Below, piece by piece: positions 11,744-23,500 of a stretch of DNA of 64,000 bases; within the stretch, counting starts at the first letter, position 1, and every line of letters begins with the position of its first letter. The position numbers and the translations under genes were made by a program. The notes under the pieces were generated by a model. That model did not search any database. It worked only from the letters and a program-made list of their open reading frames with translations, and had not been told where the DNA came from. This DNA comes from Rebecca billardiae RCC1528 (lineage: Eukaryota; Protista; Haptophyta), in assembly GCA_965240325.2 (NCBI GenBank), contig OZ251236.1:310001-374000 (forward strand), written 5' to 3'.

Positions 11744-13918
11744 TCAGCCGCGCCCGAGGTGCGTGACGACCGAGAGCATCGATGCGGCGAGCACGACGGC
11801 GAGACCGCCCGCCGTGCCCAGGCCCGTGCCCAGCCCGCCGAGCGAGCCGCCGCCGCTCGGCAGCGCGCTCTGCGCCACAGGGAGCACTGTGAAGGCATGC
11901 CGGGAGACTCCGTCCTCCGCCCTCACCACCAGCCGGACCGCCGTCGCCGCCCGCGTGCCGTTGGCGCGCGCGCCGGCGGCGGCGAAGTCGAGCGCGAGCG
12001 GCGTCGAGACACAGACTTCGTCTCCGTAGCCGGCGGCGAGAGGCGCGCGGCCGAACGCGCGCGCGGCACTCGCCGAGCCCCAGCTGGCCGCCAGCTCGGC
12101 CCCGCCAGCCACTCCGCCGCTCCCAAACCCGCCTGCGGCGGCGCGCAGCAGGTCGTCGTCGACGGCGCCGGCCGAGCCGTTGCCGGCGCCGAGCAGGTCG
12201 GCGGTGCACGGCGCCTCAGCACTCGGCGCCCATAGCCACTGGCCCACCTCTCCGCCCGCGCCGGCCGTGCTGCTGCCCGCGCCCGCGTCGGCCTGGCGCC
12301 TCGAGCCGCGCCGCCCGCCGCCCGCGCGCCGCGCCGCGAGGTGCACTCCACTCCCGGCGGTTGAGTGCACGCCGCGCAGAGCGCACAGCGATGCGCGCGC
12401 GGACGATGGCGCCGCGCACGCGACGAGTCGTGGCGCGGGCCACGCCGCCGATGGGCTGCCCTCCGGCGGACGCAGCACCGCGTCCGGGATCCCGACCTCG
12501 TACAATGAGTGAGACGCCAGGAAGGTCACGCCGCCGTCAGCGCCAGCAGACGGTCGCGCTGGGCCCGCGCGGCCGCCGTCAGAGCCGGCCGTGGCGAGGC
12601 GTGGGCTGAACGGCCACGCCGACGCCGACACCGACGCCCACTGCACCGTCGGCGGCCCGCACACCAGCAGGCCACAGTCTGCCGCCTCGCCAGCCGACGC
12701 GCCATCGTGACGACCAGCGTCGCGCCGCGCCGCCGCGGTCGGCTCGGCGCCCGCCGCCGCCGCCGCCGCGCGGAAGGGTGGGCGCAGGTGAAGCTGGGAC
12801 GAGGACCAGCGCCACGCGTGCGCGTGCGCGCCGGCGCTCGAGCCCGCCGCGGCCGAGCCGCCGCCGCCCTCGCCCGCGCTCGTCGGCGCGAGCAGCCGCA
12901 GCTGCAACGAGCGCAGCCGTGCGTCTGTGCTCGCGCCCGCGCGCGCCCGGCGCACAGCGACCGTGTAGAGGCGCTCAGACAGGCCGTCTGCCGCGCGCAC
13001 AAGGACGCCGAGGTGCGTGCGCGTGCCGGCGGGGCAGAGGGCGAGCGGCGCGCTCGTGGCCGAGCGCCAGCCCACGCTCTGCCACGGCCTGCCGCCTTCC
13101 AGCACGCCATCGTCGGCCGGCTCAGCGCCGCTGCCCCCGACGCTGCCGCCGCCGCCGCCACCGCCGCGCCGCCACGCATCGTCGGGCGCGGCGGCCCCCG
13201 ACGCGTGCCCTCGCGCGGCCGAGGAGCGGGCGCGCGCCGACGCGTGCCGCCCGCGCGCGCGCTCGCCGGGGCACGGCAGCGTGCGGAAGAAGCGCACGCT
13301 CCACGCCTCCTGCGCGCTCCCGCGCCGCACGTGCCCAGAGGCCGCGAGCAGCACAGCCACGCGCACGCTCGGCTGCTCGGCGCGCACGGCCGCACCGTAC
13401 TGCATGCGCCCCCGTTGGAAGGGCGGCGCGAGGGCGGCGACGGCGCTGGCGCCGGAGGCGGGCAGGATCTGCAGCGCCGCGAGGCCGACCCCGGTGCCGG
13501 CCGGCGGCGGCGGCGGAGGCGGCGGCGCGGCGGGCGGGAGCGGCGGCGGCGCCGGAGAGCGCGCCGACACAGACACGCGCACGCGCACGGCGCCCGGTCC
13601 GGGCTCGAGTGGCACCCAGCGCTCGCCCGAGTCCAGAACGTGTGTGCGCGCCGAGCCGATCGCCATCGAGCGGAACACGTCGCTCTCCATCGCGCGCAGC
13701 TCCAGCTGCGCGCCGGGCGGGACGTCCTCGAACGCGCAGCAGCCGTGCGCGTACTGGGGAGCCACGCTGTTGGCGACGACCTCCGTGCGGCAGGTGCGGT
13801 GCGAGGCGCGGCCGGCGAGGCGTACCTCGAAGAAGACGTCGGCCACGTCGTTCAGCCCCGCGCCCCGCGACGGGAGCTCCCGCGCCGCGAGCACGCACGC
13901 CTCCACGCCGACGCCCAT
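11744..13918 (-). CDS. C2-domain protein with cadherin-like beta-sandwich domains and a C-terminal hydrophobic anchor
   Basis: C2: VLAARELP..DVADVFFEV..RTEVVANSVAPQY..MESDVFRSMAIGSA..WVPL. Cadherin-like signatures PPF..QYGAAV, VRAADGLSERLYTVAVRRA..STDARLRSL, VRAEDGVSRHAFTV. Terminal GLAVVLAASMLSVV. Confidence 0.7.
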   Translation of the reverse strand: MGVGVEACVLAARELPSRGAGLNDVADVFFEVRLAGRASHRTCRTEVVANSVAPQYAHGCCAFEDVPPGAQLELRAMESDVFRSMAIGSARTHVLDSGERWVPLEPGPGAVRVRVSVSARSPAPPPLPPAAPPPPPPPPAGTGVGLAALQILPASGASAVAALAPPFQRGRMQYGAAVRAEQPSVRVAVLLAASGHVRRGSAQEAWSVRFFRTLPCPGERARGRHASARARSSAARGHASGAAAPDDAWRRGGGGGGGSVGGSGAEPADDGVLEGGRPWQSVGWRSATSAPLALCPAGTRTHLGVLVRAADGLSERLYTVAVRRARAGASTDARLRSLQLRLLAPTSAGEGGGGSAAAGSSAGAHAHAWRWSSSQLHLRPPFRAAAAAAGAEPTAAARRDAGRHDGASAGEAADCGLLVCGPPTVQWASVSASAWPFSPRLATAGSDGGRAGPARPSAGADGGVTFLASHSLYEVGIPDAVLRPPEGSPSAAWPAPRLVACAAPSSARASLCALRGVHSTAGSGVHLAARRAGGGRRGSRRQADAGAGSSTAGAGGEVGQWLWAPSAEAPCTADLLGAGNGSAGAVDDDLLRAAAGGFGSGGVAGGAELAASWGSASAARAFGRAPLAAGYGDEVCVSTPLALDFAAAGARANGTRAATAVRLVVRAEDGVSRHAFTVLPVAQSALPSGGGSLGGLGTGLGTAGGLAVVLAASMLSVVTHLGRG

Positions 13919-14226
13919 GCCGAAGCGGGCGGCGCGCGCGCTGCGAGTGCGCCGGAATCGTCATATCGAAAGGCGGGGTCAGAGAAATCCGAATTAAATC
14001 GGCGCGCGCAATAAAACCGCGCGGCCGACGACGATGAAATAATCTACGCGCGCTCGTCGAGGACGACGGTGCTGACGATGCTGGCGATGGCGATGTGACG
14101 ATGTCGATGACGTGGATGACGAATCCGCATCAGACGAATGACGAACGAAGATGTCGTCGATATGTATGATGATCATCACGACTACCTAGCGGCCAGCTGC
14201 TGCGGCAGATGCGGCCGCGCGGCCGG

Positions 14227-17200
14227 CTAGCAGTCCAACAGCGCCGACGACGATCTCCCCTGCCGCGATGCCGCCTCGTACGGCCCAGGCTGCGCCTCGC
14301 CGTCCGCGGCGGCCGGCTCACGGCAGTCACGCGCGGCGCGCACGTGGCCGTGCCCGCTCGCGGCGGCGCCGTCCGCCGCACGCGCCTCCGCGCCGGCGTG
14401 GTGGCCCTCCTCGACCGCCTCCGCGCCCACAAAGTAATGCAGGTACGTGCAAAGCAGCCGCTCGACAAAATTGGCGTCCAGGAGGTATTGCAGGTGCGCC
14501 GCGCGCCCGAGCGTCTGATCGAGCGAGAGTCCGGCCAGGTGGAAGTCGACGTCGAGCCTCTTGCCGCGCACGCCCGCGCCGTGCAGCCCCCACAGCAGGT
14601 GCTGCAGCATCGCCGAGTAGACGAGCCCCTTCGGCCGCGAGTCGGCGAGCGCCTCGGGCGAGGGGTACAGCGACGCTGAATTGTACGGCACGTAGCGGTC
14701 CTGCGGGCAGCGCGCGCGCGCGGGTGAGGGGGTGTAGGGTTGGGGTTGGGTTGGTTGGGGTTAGGGTTGGAGCTCGGGCTCGGGCGCGGGTGGAAAGTGC
14801 CGCGGGTAGCGCAGGGCCGGGGCCGGGGTCGGGCAGGCGGCTGAGCACGCGCGCGCCACGCCACCGCGCGTGGGCTTGGAAGGCACGGGCCAAATCGAGC
14901 GAGCACGCTCGACGTGCCGCCGCTGGTGGCGGCGGCGGCGTGCACGGCGGCGTTGGCGTTGGCGCGTGCGCGCACGTTGACGCACGCGACGAGCAGGACG
15001 TGCCGGAAGTGGACGAGAAAGTTCCGCTCGACATTGAGCCGGTACAGCAGCGTCGACTGCGGGTCGGGCGCATCCCGAAGGGTGAGCTCGCGGATCGCCG
15101 CGCAGCGCGGGTGGTTGCGGAGCGTTCGGATGAGCACCTTCACGAGCCCGTTCTGACCGTACAGCCAGCCTAGGTGCGGGCAGCCGAGCGAGAGGAACGT
15201 GTGGCAGTAAGGCAGGTAGCGCGAAAACCGCTCGGTCTGGAGCGCCGCGCGCAGGATCAGCGCGCCCTGCGAGTGTGCGACGAAGGAGATGCGAAGCGGT
15301 GTCGCGGCCGCGCGGTGCTGCGCGCCGCCGCCCGCGCCGCCGCCCTGCGACTGCTGCAGGTGCGCCGCCCCCGCCGGCTCGCGCTGCTGCGCGCCCGCCG
15401 CGGGCACAGCACCGCCCGCCGGCTGCGCCGCGCCGCCGCCGCCGCCGCCGCAACCCGCGCCGCCTTGCGACGGTGGCAGCAGCAAGGACACCATGTCGTC
15501 AACCTCCGCGGCCAGTCTCTCGCCGCACTCGACAAAGGAATCAAGCGTGCGTCCCTCGTTAGCGCGCGAGAGTAGCACCCGCGACTGCGGCAGCAGCAGC
15601 GCCAGGCTGTTGGCGTACAGCTGGAGGTCGTACCGGTTGCCAAACAGGCCGTGCACGAGCACCACGGCGTGGATGACTGGCGGCGCGCCGGCGGCACCCG
15701 GCGGCGGCGCGGCGCCGCCGCCGCCTGCGACGGGCGGCGCTGCGCCGGCACCGCCGCCGCCTCCCGCCGCCGCCGCGGCCGTGGCGGCGCCCGCCGGTGC
15801 GGCGCCGCAGCCCGACGGCGTGCGCGCGCCGAGCTTGCCGCCGGCCGCGGCTGGCGCCGCTGGGCCGTCACCGACCGCGCCGCCTCCATTCGGCCGCGCC
15901 GCCGCGCCGCCGCCGCCGCCGAGCCGCGCGGGCGGCGGCGCCAGTCCGCTGTCAGAGGATTGGCTGCTGTGGCCGCCGAGGCGCGCGACGCACGCGGGCG
16001 GCGCAGAGTCCGCGCGATCGAGCGCGCCGCCCAGCGCGCGCGCCTGCGGCGGCGGCGTGCGCGGCGGCGAGGCGCTCAGCCGGGGAGCGGTCGCAGGCGA
16101 CGCGCCGCCGCCGCAGCCGGGCGGCGGCTGCTGCGTCGTGGCATCCCAGCAAAATGATCCGCCGCCGCCGCCGTGCGCGTCGCCCTCGCCGCCCGCGCGC
16201 GCAGCACCACCGCCGCCCTCGCCGCCTCCCAGCACCGCCCTCCGCCCGAGCCGCGGCTCAAAGAGCGAGTGCTCGACAATCGTCGGCTGCGCATCATATC
16301 GATGCGCCGCGCCGGCGCGCGCGCGCTGCGAGCGCGGCGCCGTGCGCAGCGCCTCGAGTCTCGGGCCGGCGTCGGCGTCGGCGTGCGGCGCGCGCGCGCG
16401 GCGCGTGCCGCCGCTGGAGCTGCCGCCGGCTGCGCCGCCCGTGGGCGCTGTGGCCGCGCCGGCGCTCCCGCGAGCGGCGGCGGCGGCGGCGGCGGCAGCG
16501 GCGCGCGAGCCGCCGTGCGGCGCAGCCGGCTGCGCCGCCGGCACAATCGCGCGCCGCTGCGACCATTCGCTCAAGTGTCGGCGCAGCGTCTCGGCGGCGA
16601 GGTATTCCGCCTCCGCCGCGGGCGCGGGCGCGACGGGCACGAGGTGCGCCCCGTCTCGCGCGTGCTGCGCGGCGCCGTGCGGCTGGGGCTGCAACGGCTG
16701 CGGCGGATGGCCCGCCCGGCCCGTCGACTGCTGCTCGGCGGCGGCGGCGGCGGCGGCGGCGGTAGCGGCGGTAGCGGCGGTAGCGGCGGTGGCCCCGGCG
16801 GCGGCGGCGGCACCACAACCACTGTACACGGGCCATCGCGGCGGCGCGTCCGCGGCGGCGGCGCCGCCGTTGAGCGCGCCGAAGCCTCGCAGCTGGCGGT
16901 GGTGCGCCGACGACGACCTTGGCCGCTCGGGCGAGCCCAGCGGCAGCGGCAGACCAAGCACCGCCGCGGCGGACGCGCCGCTCAGAGCCATCCGCTGCGC
17001 ACGCGCCGCGCACGCGAGTTGTGACGAGAGGCTGGTCAAGTCCTGCGCCAGGGTGCTCAGCGCGCCCGCGACCGTGGAGTCGGCCTGCGGCAGCCGCAGC
17101 AGCGCGTGCTCACGCGCCACCTGCAGCAGCTCCGCCACCGCCACATGCGAGCCAACGGCCCAGCTCAATCTCACGCCTCGCGTGCCCGCGCGCGCGCCCC

Positions 17201-17655
17201 AGCGCGCGCCGCCGCCCGGCGCCGCGCCGCCGCCCGGCGCGCCGCCGCCCGGCGTGAGGGGGTCGACGAAGGAGCCCACGCTGCCGCCGTCCTTCGACTC
17301 GAACGGCGAGTGCACGGTGCGCGAGCCAGCGGAGACCGCGGACATGCTGCTCGTCGAGCGGCAGAACGCAGGGCGGAAGGGCGGGCGGCACTCAGGCGGC
17401 GTGAGCGACGCGCGCGCGCCCGCGCCGCCCGCCGCGCCGCCGAGCCCAGCGCCCCCGGGCCGCGCGCCCGGCGGCGGCGGGCTCGGCGGCGGCGTGGGCG
17501 GCAGCGGCGGCGTCGACGCGGCACGCGGTCGCGCTCCGCTGTCTGTCTCGCTGCACCCGCCGAGCGCACGCGCGGCGCTGCCCGCGCCGAACCCCGACTC
17601 GGCTGCGGACGCGCCGCCACCGGGCGGTGCAAACGGGGAGGGCCCGCGCTGCCGC

Positions 17656-17728
<73 letters not shown>

Positions 17729-18540
17729 GCGGCGCGAACGCGCCGCCGACTGGCGAGGCGTCGAGCGTCGCCGAGCGCGCGCGCCCGCGGCGCACCCGGC
17801 GCGGCGAGTGCTCGAGCAGCTGCGCGCCGGGCTCGAGGAACGCCGACCTCGTCAGCAGCTCGGTCGACTCTGCCGATCTGTCCGCGTCGTCCCGCGCCGC
17901 CGAACCAGGCCATCGGCCGCCGATACTTCGGCCCGCGGAGAGCGGGCGGCGGTGCCACGAGAGCTCGGCGCGCCCGCTCGGCGAGAGGACCAGCTCCGCC
18001 AGATGGTCCGCGATCGGCGTCGGAGGGCTCGCGCCGCCGCCGCCAGCCGTGCCCGCCGCGCGCGAGCCGCCGCCGCCGGCCGCGGCTGTGAACGAGAGAG
18101 CGCGGCGCCGGCGGCCCGCTTGCGCGTTGGCGCCGCGCGCCGAGCCGCCCGTCGCCGCGCGGCGCGGCGGCGTGCGCCGGTGCGCGCCGTCGCCCGCCGC
18201 GCCTGCGCCGTCGTCGGGCGAGTCGTGATACACAATGCGCGGCGGATCGGGCGGCGAGAACGGCGAGCAGCCGCCGCCGAACGCGCCGCCGCCGCCGCCG
18301 GACGCGCCGCCGACGGACGCGCCGCCGCCGACGTTGAGCGGAGGCGGGCGCCTGCGCGCCGCGCTGATCGGCGCGAGCGGCGCCGAGGCTTTGGCGCCCA
18401 GCGCCCCCGCCGAGGCCGCCGCTGCTGTGTACGACCCCGCCGGGCCGGCGACAACCGGGTGCGGGCTCGGCACGGGCAGCGGTGGAGGCGTGGCGCGCCG
18501 CGGGCCCCCGTGCTCGCCGACCGCGCCCGTGCCGAGCGCA

Positions 18541-18586
<46 letters not shown>

Positions 18587-19571
18587 GATCCGAGGCGTCG
18601 TGCGAGCGCGCGCGGCGCGTGGCCCTGCTGCGCGGCGCCGTGTGCTCCCCGTCGATCTCGAGGTCGAGGTCGCGATCGAGATCGAGCGGACGCGCCGCCT
18701 CGCCGTCGATCTCGATCTCGATCTCGAGATCCAGATCGAGATCGAGATCGAGCGACCCACCGCCGCCCGCCGCCGCGGCACTTCCGTCGGCGGCCGGGGC
18801 GCAGTGGCCCGGCGGCCGGCACGCGGGCGGGCCCGCGCCGCCGCTGCTCGAGCCGGCCGCGCCGCCCGCACCGCCGGCCGCCGCCGCCCCGTACGCCGCC
18901 GCCGCACGCCGCGCGTGCGCGCCGCCGCGCGCCGCCAGCTCGGCCATGTGTCGGGCGCGCGCCGCGGCCGCGACGGCCGCGCGGCTCGGCGGGCTGGGCG
19001 AGGGCGAGCCTGGGAGGAGCAGCGCCTGCGGGTGGAGCCAGGCGGGCACGCCGATGCGCACGAGCTCGGCGCCCATCGACGCGTGCGAGAGCATCAGCGC
19101 GCCCACGCACCGCTCGCACAGCGTGACGAGCAGCGCGACGAGCGTCGAGTCAGTCGGACCGGCGCCGCCGAGGCCGGCCGCGGCGACGGCCCAGGCCCAG
19201 AGGTCGGAGCCGACGCGGCGGAGCGTGCGCAGCGTGCCCTGCGGGCCCGGGCCGTCCTGCTTCGCGAGCGCGACCCCCGAGCGCAGCGAGATGTTCGAGC
19301 CCGAGCCGCGCCGCCTCGGCATCAGCGGCGGCGACGGCGCGCGAGACGCGTGCTCGGCGGCCGGCTCCAGCGGCAGCTGCAGCGGTTCGTCAATTTGCAG
19401 CGGTTCGTCAAACGGCACGCGCGTGAGGTGCGCGCCCTTGGCCGGGCTGCTCTGCGAGCTGTGCGGCGCCGAGTGCGCGCCGCCCGACTGCGCCGCCGAC
19501 TCCCACGACGCCGCCTCGGGCAGCAGCTGCACGAGCGAGCGCGCCGCGCGCCGCTGCGCCGCCGAGACTGC

Positions 19572-19602
<31 letters not shown>

Positions 19603-20231
19603 AGCAGCGCGGGGTCGAGGTGCAGCCCGACGAGGCGCGTGCTGAACGCCGCGTGCACCATGCACCAGTGCCACTCGTCCCACAGCACCGGCTCGTACAG
19701 CACGCGGCGCTGCGCGTCGGTCGCCGTGTCCGCGGCGCATCTCAATAGTATCTCGCTCGTCGACACCGGCTTCAGCACGGCGGCGAGCGCGGAGGGCGTG
19801 GCGCCCTCGGCGGCGACGCCCTCGGCGAGCGGGGCGAAGAGCAGCTCGAACCGGAGCCGCACCGGCTCGACCTCGAGCCGCGGGCCCGCGCCCACCGCGG
19901 CCACGTCCAGGAGGCCGCACAGGCTGACCGACTCTGCGAGCGGGTGCTGCTGCCGCGCGTAGGAGATCAAAACGGGCGTGGTGGAGCACGCGCGCGCGCG
20001 CGGGTGCGGTGGCGGCTGGCCCTGCGCGCGCACGCCCACGACCGGCCGTCGGCGCGTGTGGCTGCCCACCGTGAGCCGCCTGCCCGTCGTGTCGCCGAGC
20101 GCGCTCACGCGGACCGCATAGTAGCCCTGCGTGTAGAGCGCCACGTTGTCAAGGCGCGCGAGGCAGATTTGAATCTCGACCTCGGCGCGGAGCACCGCGC
20201 GCGGCCGAGCGCGGCCGGCTGCCGGCGGCAT
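14227..20231 (-). CDS. FAM135-like protein with a C-terminal DUF676 putative serine esterase/lipase; intron 14701-14975
   Basis: N-terminal VEIQICLARLDNVALYTQGYYAVRVS. C-terminal VVLVHGLFGNRYDL, GERLAAEV, ISFVAHSQG, FLSLGCPHLG. The spliced last exon supplies DRYVPYNSA and LGRAAH (Ser/Asp/His triad). Start position approximate. Confidence 0.85.
17656..17727. repeat. (CCG) x about 24 trinucleotide repeat encoding poly-Gly in the FAM135-like gene
   Basis: Directly visible. Confidence 0.9.
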
Positions 20232-20578
20232 GCCCCCAGCCGCGGGCGTGGGTGGTACCGCGCGCACGGCGAGCCCGCGCGCGCGAGGCCGCTCGCTGCA
20301 CGCCCCGGGCCGTTCAACCCGGGCGAGGGGAGCACCTCGCTCGCTGCTGGACTTTTGCTCGCCGGGCTTTCAGGCTCTGGATATGGGCGAATGGTCATAT
20401 GACGCCCATCGTTTCCCGTATTCAACGAGCTGACAACGAGTATGGAGCTCGCCAGTACCCCTCGCAGTCTTCCGGACCGTTATCGATAACGCCGACCCGG
20501 ACACGCTCCCGTTGGGCTTTGCTTTGTGCTTTCCGCAAGTGGCCGCCGCCCCATTCAAAGGGCCATCACGCCGCCGCC

Positions 20579-23500
20579 ATGACGCAGGTGCGCGCGCGGC
20601 GGCGCTGACGCGCCGCGGCGCGCATCACGCGCCGGAGGCCCCGCCGCACGCGCGCACGCCGCGCTCACACTGCCCCGCGCGCCGCGCGCGGCCCGCAGGT
20701 CGCGCCGCCCGGACCGGCGGCGATCCGCGTCGAGGCGAGCACGCTCGAGCTGAACAAGGGAGTCAGCCTGCCGCGCGGCAAGCCCGACGTGAAGGTGACG
20801 TTCGACCTGCTCGGCGCCGCGAAGGCGTCGTCCGAGGTGGTCACGCCCGATCGCGACAAGGCCGAGCTCGGGCTCGACGCCTCCTTCGCGCTCGAGCTCG
20901 GCTCGGCCGAGCGCGGCCGCTTGCTCGACGCGCTCGACTCCGAATCGACCGACGACTCGAACGTCACGTTCACGCTGTTCGCGACGAGCAAGTCGGCTCG
21001 CGCGGCGGAGCCCGTGGCGATCGGCCGCGCCGTGACCAACCTCGAGAAGCTGCTCGTCGAGGCCAAGAAGGACATGCTCAAGGTGCCGCTGCCGCTGATG
21101 TCGACCGACCCGCGCAAGCCGACCGCACAGATCGGCAAGCTCACCGTGTCGCTGCTCGCGTTCGAGGCGCTCTCGCAGCTCGACGCGGCGCTGGAGAAGT
21201 ACGGCGACGCGCCCAAGGCCCGCGCCGCCGAGGCCAAGGCCGCGCCGCCCAGCGCGCGCGCCGTCGTGCGCGCGAGCGCGACCGAGCTCGAGCTCGCCCG
21301 TAACGTCTCGCTCCCGTTCGGGAAGGGCCGCGCGGCGGTGAGCTTCGAGATGCCGGGCGACAAGTCGGCGGCGTCGGCGGCGGTGCCGGTGTCGCGCGGC
21401 CGCGCGACGCTCGGCTTCGAGCACGCCGTGCGCACCGAGCCCGGCTCCGCGCCGCGCGCCGCGCTGCTCGACGCGCTGGATGCCGACGACTCGGCGGACG
21501 CGCCTCTCGTCGAGGCAGTCTTCACCGTGCTCGCGGCGGACGGGCGCGGCGGCTCGACGCCGTTCGGCCGGGCGGCCGTCGACCTGGAGAAGCTGCTCGA
21601 CGGGCAGCGCGACGTCACGCGCAAGCAGCTCCCGCTCATCGCCGTCGACCCGAAGCGCAAGCCCGCCGAACTGGGCACGCTCACGGTCACGCTCGAGGCG
21701 CTCGGCGCACTGAGTGAGATTGACGAAGCGCTCGAGAAGCACGGCTCGGCGCGCGCGGTGAAGGAGGCGGAGGGCGGCGCGCGCGGCGCGGAGGGCGCGG
21801 CGCGGCGCGACCGGCGCAGCCGCGCCGACGACGCGCCCGCCGCCGCGCCCGCCGCCGCCGCCACCGAGCCGCGGCGCCGCGGCGCGGAGCGGCCGCCGCC
21901 GCCGCGCGAGCCGTCGGCCGCCGAGCCGGCGCCCGCGCGCCGCTCGCAGGGCGAGGCGGCGGCGTCGGCGCGCACCGCCGAGCCGACGCGCACCGCGCGC
22001 CGCCCGCTCGGCTCGACGCGCGGCGGCGCCTCCTCCTCCGCCGCCGCCGCCGCCGCCTCGCCCACCGCCGAGACGATAGCTATTGAGATTACCCATCTCG
22101 AGCTGCTCGACGACGGCGCCGACGGCGTGCCGGCGGACGCGGACGCGCTGGTCGTCGACGTGGACCCGCTCGCGCTGCCGCACCGCCAGACGCGCGCGAT
22201 CGCGCTGCGGCGCGAGCGCGGCGCGGGCGCGTACGCCCTCGACTTCTCGCACGAGATCCCCGCGGGGCCGTCGACCAAGGCGCGCGAAGAGCTCATGGAC
22301 GCGCTCGAGTCTGAAACGCAGGAGGATTCCGATGTTTACTTCACGCTGCTCGCGCTCGACGCGCGCGCGGAGCGCGAGGTGCGCGCGGGGAAGGACGCGG
22401 ACGCGGTGGGCACCGAGCTGGGCGTGGGCTCGCTCAACCTCGAGCAGCTGCTCGAGCGCGGGCGCGACGCCTCGGAAGTCGTGCTCGGGCTGACGAGCAA
22501 GCGCGGCCGACGCGTCGCCGACTTGACCGTGAGCGTGCGCGCGCTCGGCGCGCTGCGCGCGGCGGAGTCGGCGCTCGAGGCGCACGGCACGTCGGCGAAG
22601 GCGAAGCGGGTCGAGCGCGCCGCCGTCTCGCCCGCGCGCTCCGCCTCCGCCTCCGCCGCGGCGCTGCTGCCGCGCGCGCCGTACGTCGGCGTCGAGATCG
22701 AGATCTCGCAGGTTTCGTTACCCAGGGTGGACGAGACCGTCCCAGACGGCGTGGACGACCTCGAGTTCGAGTTCGACCTGCTCGGCGTGGAGCACATCAA
22801 GTCGGCGCGCGTGCCGCTGCGCGACGACGGGCAGATGCCCATCGGCTACCGCGAGTCCTTCGCCGTCGGCATCGGCACCAAGGCGCGGCGCGAGCTGATG
22901 GACGCACTCGAGTCGTCGTCGCAAGAGGACTCGGACATTTATTTCTCGCTGTATGGCCTCGACCTCGACCGGTCGCAGCAGCCGCAGGGCGCGGCGGCGC
23001 GGCGCGGCGGCGCGGGCGAGCCGTCGCGCGTCGAGCTCGGCGCGGCGTTCGTCAACCTCGAGCGCATCCTCGCCAGCGGGCGCGACGTCGTTTCCGAGAA
23101 GCTTCCGATCATGCACGAGGATAAGCGCACGGGCGCGCAGCAGGTGGGGACGGTCACGATGACCGTGCGCGCCCTCAGCGCGCTCAGGGACGTCGAGGCG
23201 TCGCTGGACAAGCACGGCTCGCCGCGCGAGGCGGAGAAGGCGGAGCGCGCCGCGTTCGCGCCCGCGCCGCGCACCCCGCCCGACGGCAGCGCCGCGCGCG
23301 CGCCCGCCTCGCCCGAGCCGGCCGATCGCGCGGGCGCGCGCCAGCGCGGTGCGCGCCGCTCGGACGACGACGCGGAGCGCTCGCGCGCCGGCGGCCGCGG
23401 GCAGCCCGCCGCTGCCACGTCCGTGCGCGTGGAGGTGGACGCGTTCAAGCTGCACTCGGTCGACGACGTGGCGGACACGGTGGACGACCTGCTCGTCGGC

